Below are positions 63,975-64,000 of a stretch of DNA of 64,000 nt, in pieces. The notes under the pieces were generated by a model that searched no databases, was not told the origin of the DNA, and saw only the letters and a program-made list of their open reading frames with translations. Each line of letters starts with the position of its first letter. The stretch's first letter is position 1. Source of the stretch: Paraspadella gotoi (taxonomy: Eukaryota > Animalia > Chaetognatha). Location: positions 19,417,657-19,481,656 of the forward strand of contig CM119266.1 in the NCBI GenBank assembly GCA_051294375.1. Reading direction: 5' to 3'. Position numbers and translations under genes: made by a program.

Positions 63975-64000
63975 TCTACAATGGCTTTCGTTCTTATGTA

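Overview
AT-rich, microsatellite-dense, intron-containing DNA from an animal, probably an invertebrate; most ORF-track entries are translations of simple repeats. Five spliced genes can be reconstructed. (1) Two minus-strand exons of a SEPT2-group (SEPT4/5-like) septin run off the left edge. (2) An unknown minus-strand gene has a 1.66-kb Asp/Ala/Ser-rich exon plus two phase-compatible exons. (3) A five-exon GNAT N-acetyltransferase resembles the bacterial/fungal puromycin-acetyltransferase type. (4) A complete three-exon invertebrate-type sclerostin/SOSTDC1 gene. (5) Five exons (TM1-TM6) of a class A peptide-type GPCR run off the right edge. Positions 2034-15965 form a ~14-kb inverted duplication centred on a 25-N gap, most likely a gap-filling artefact. 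The best signal is a young, complete 692-bp miniature LTR retrotransposon (TRIM) with a 4-bp TSD, PBS and PPT, whose LTRs carry a tRNA-like Pol III promoter. A second, unrelated tRNA-bearing element is followed by the same tRNA-Trp-like PBS, and both PBS regions show extended complementarity to the primer tRNA. Also present are two covarying Penelope-type minimal hammerhead motifs, a MITE family filled with degenerate telomere-like repeats, DINE-1/HINE-like elements and several minisatellites.
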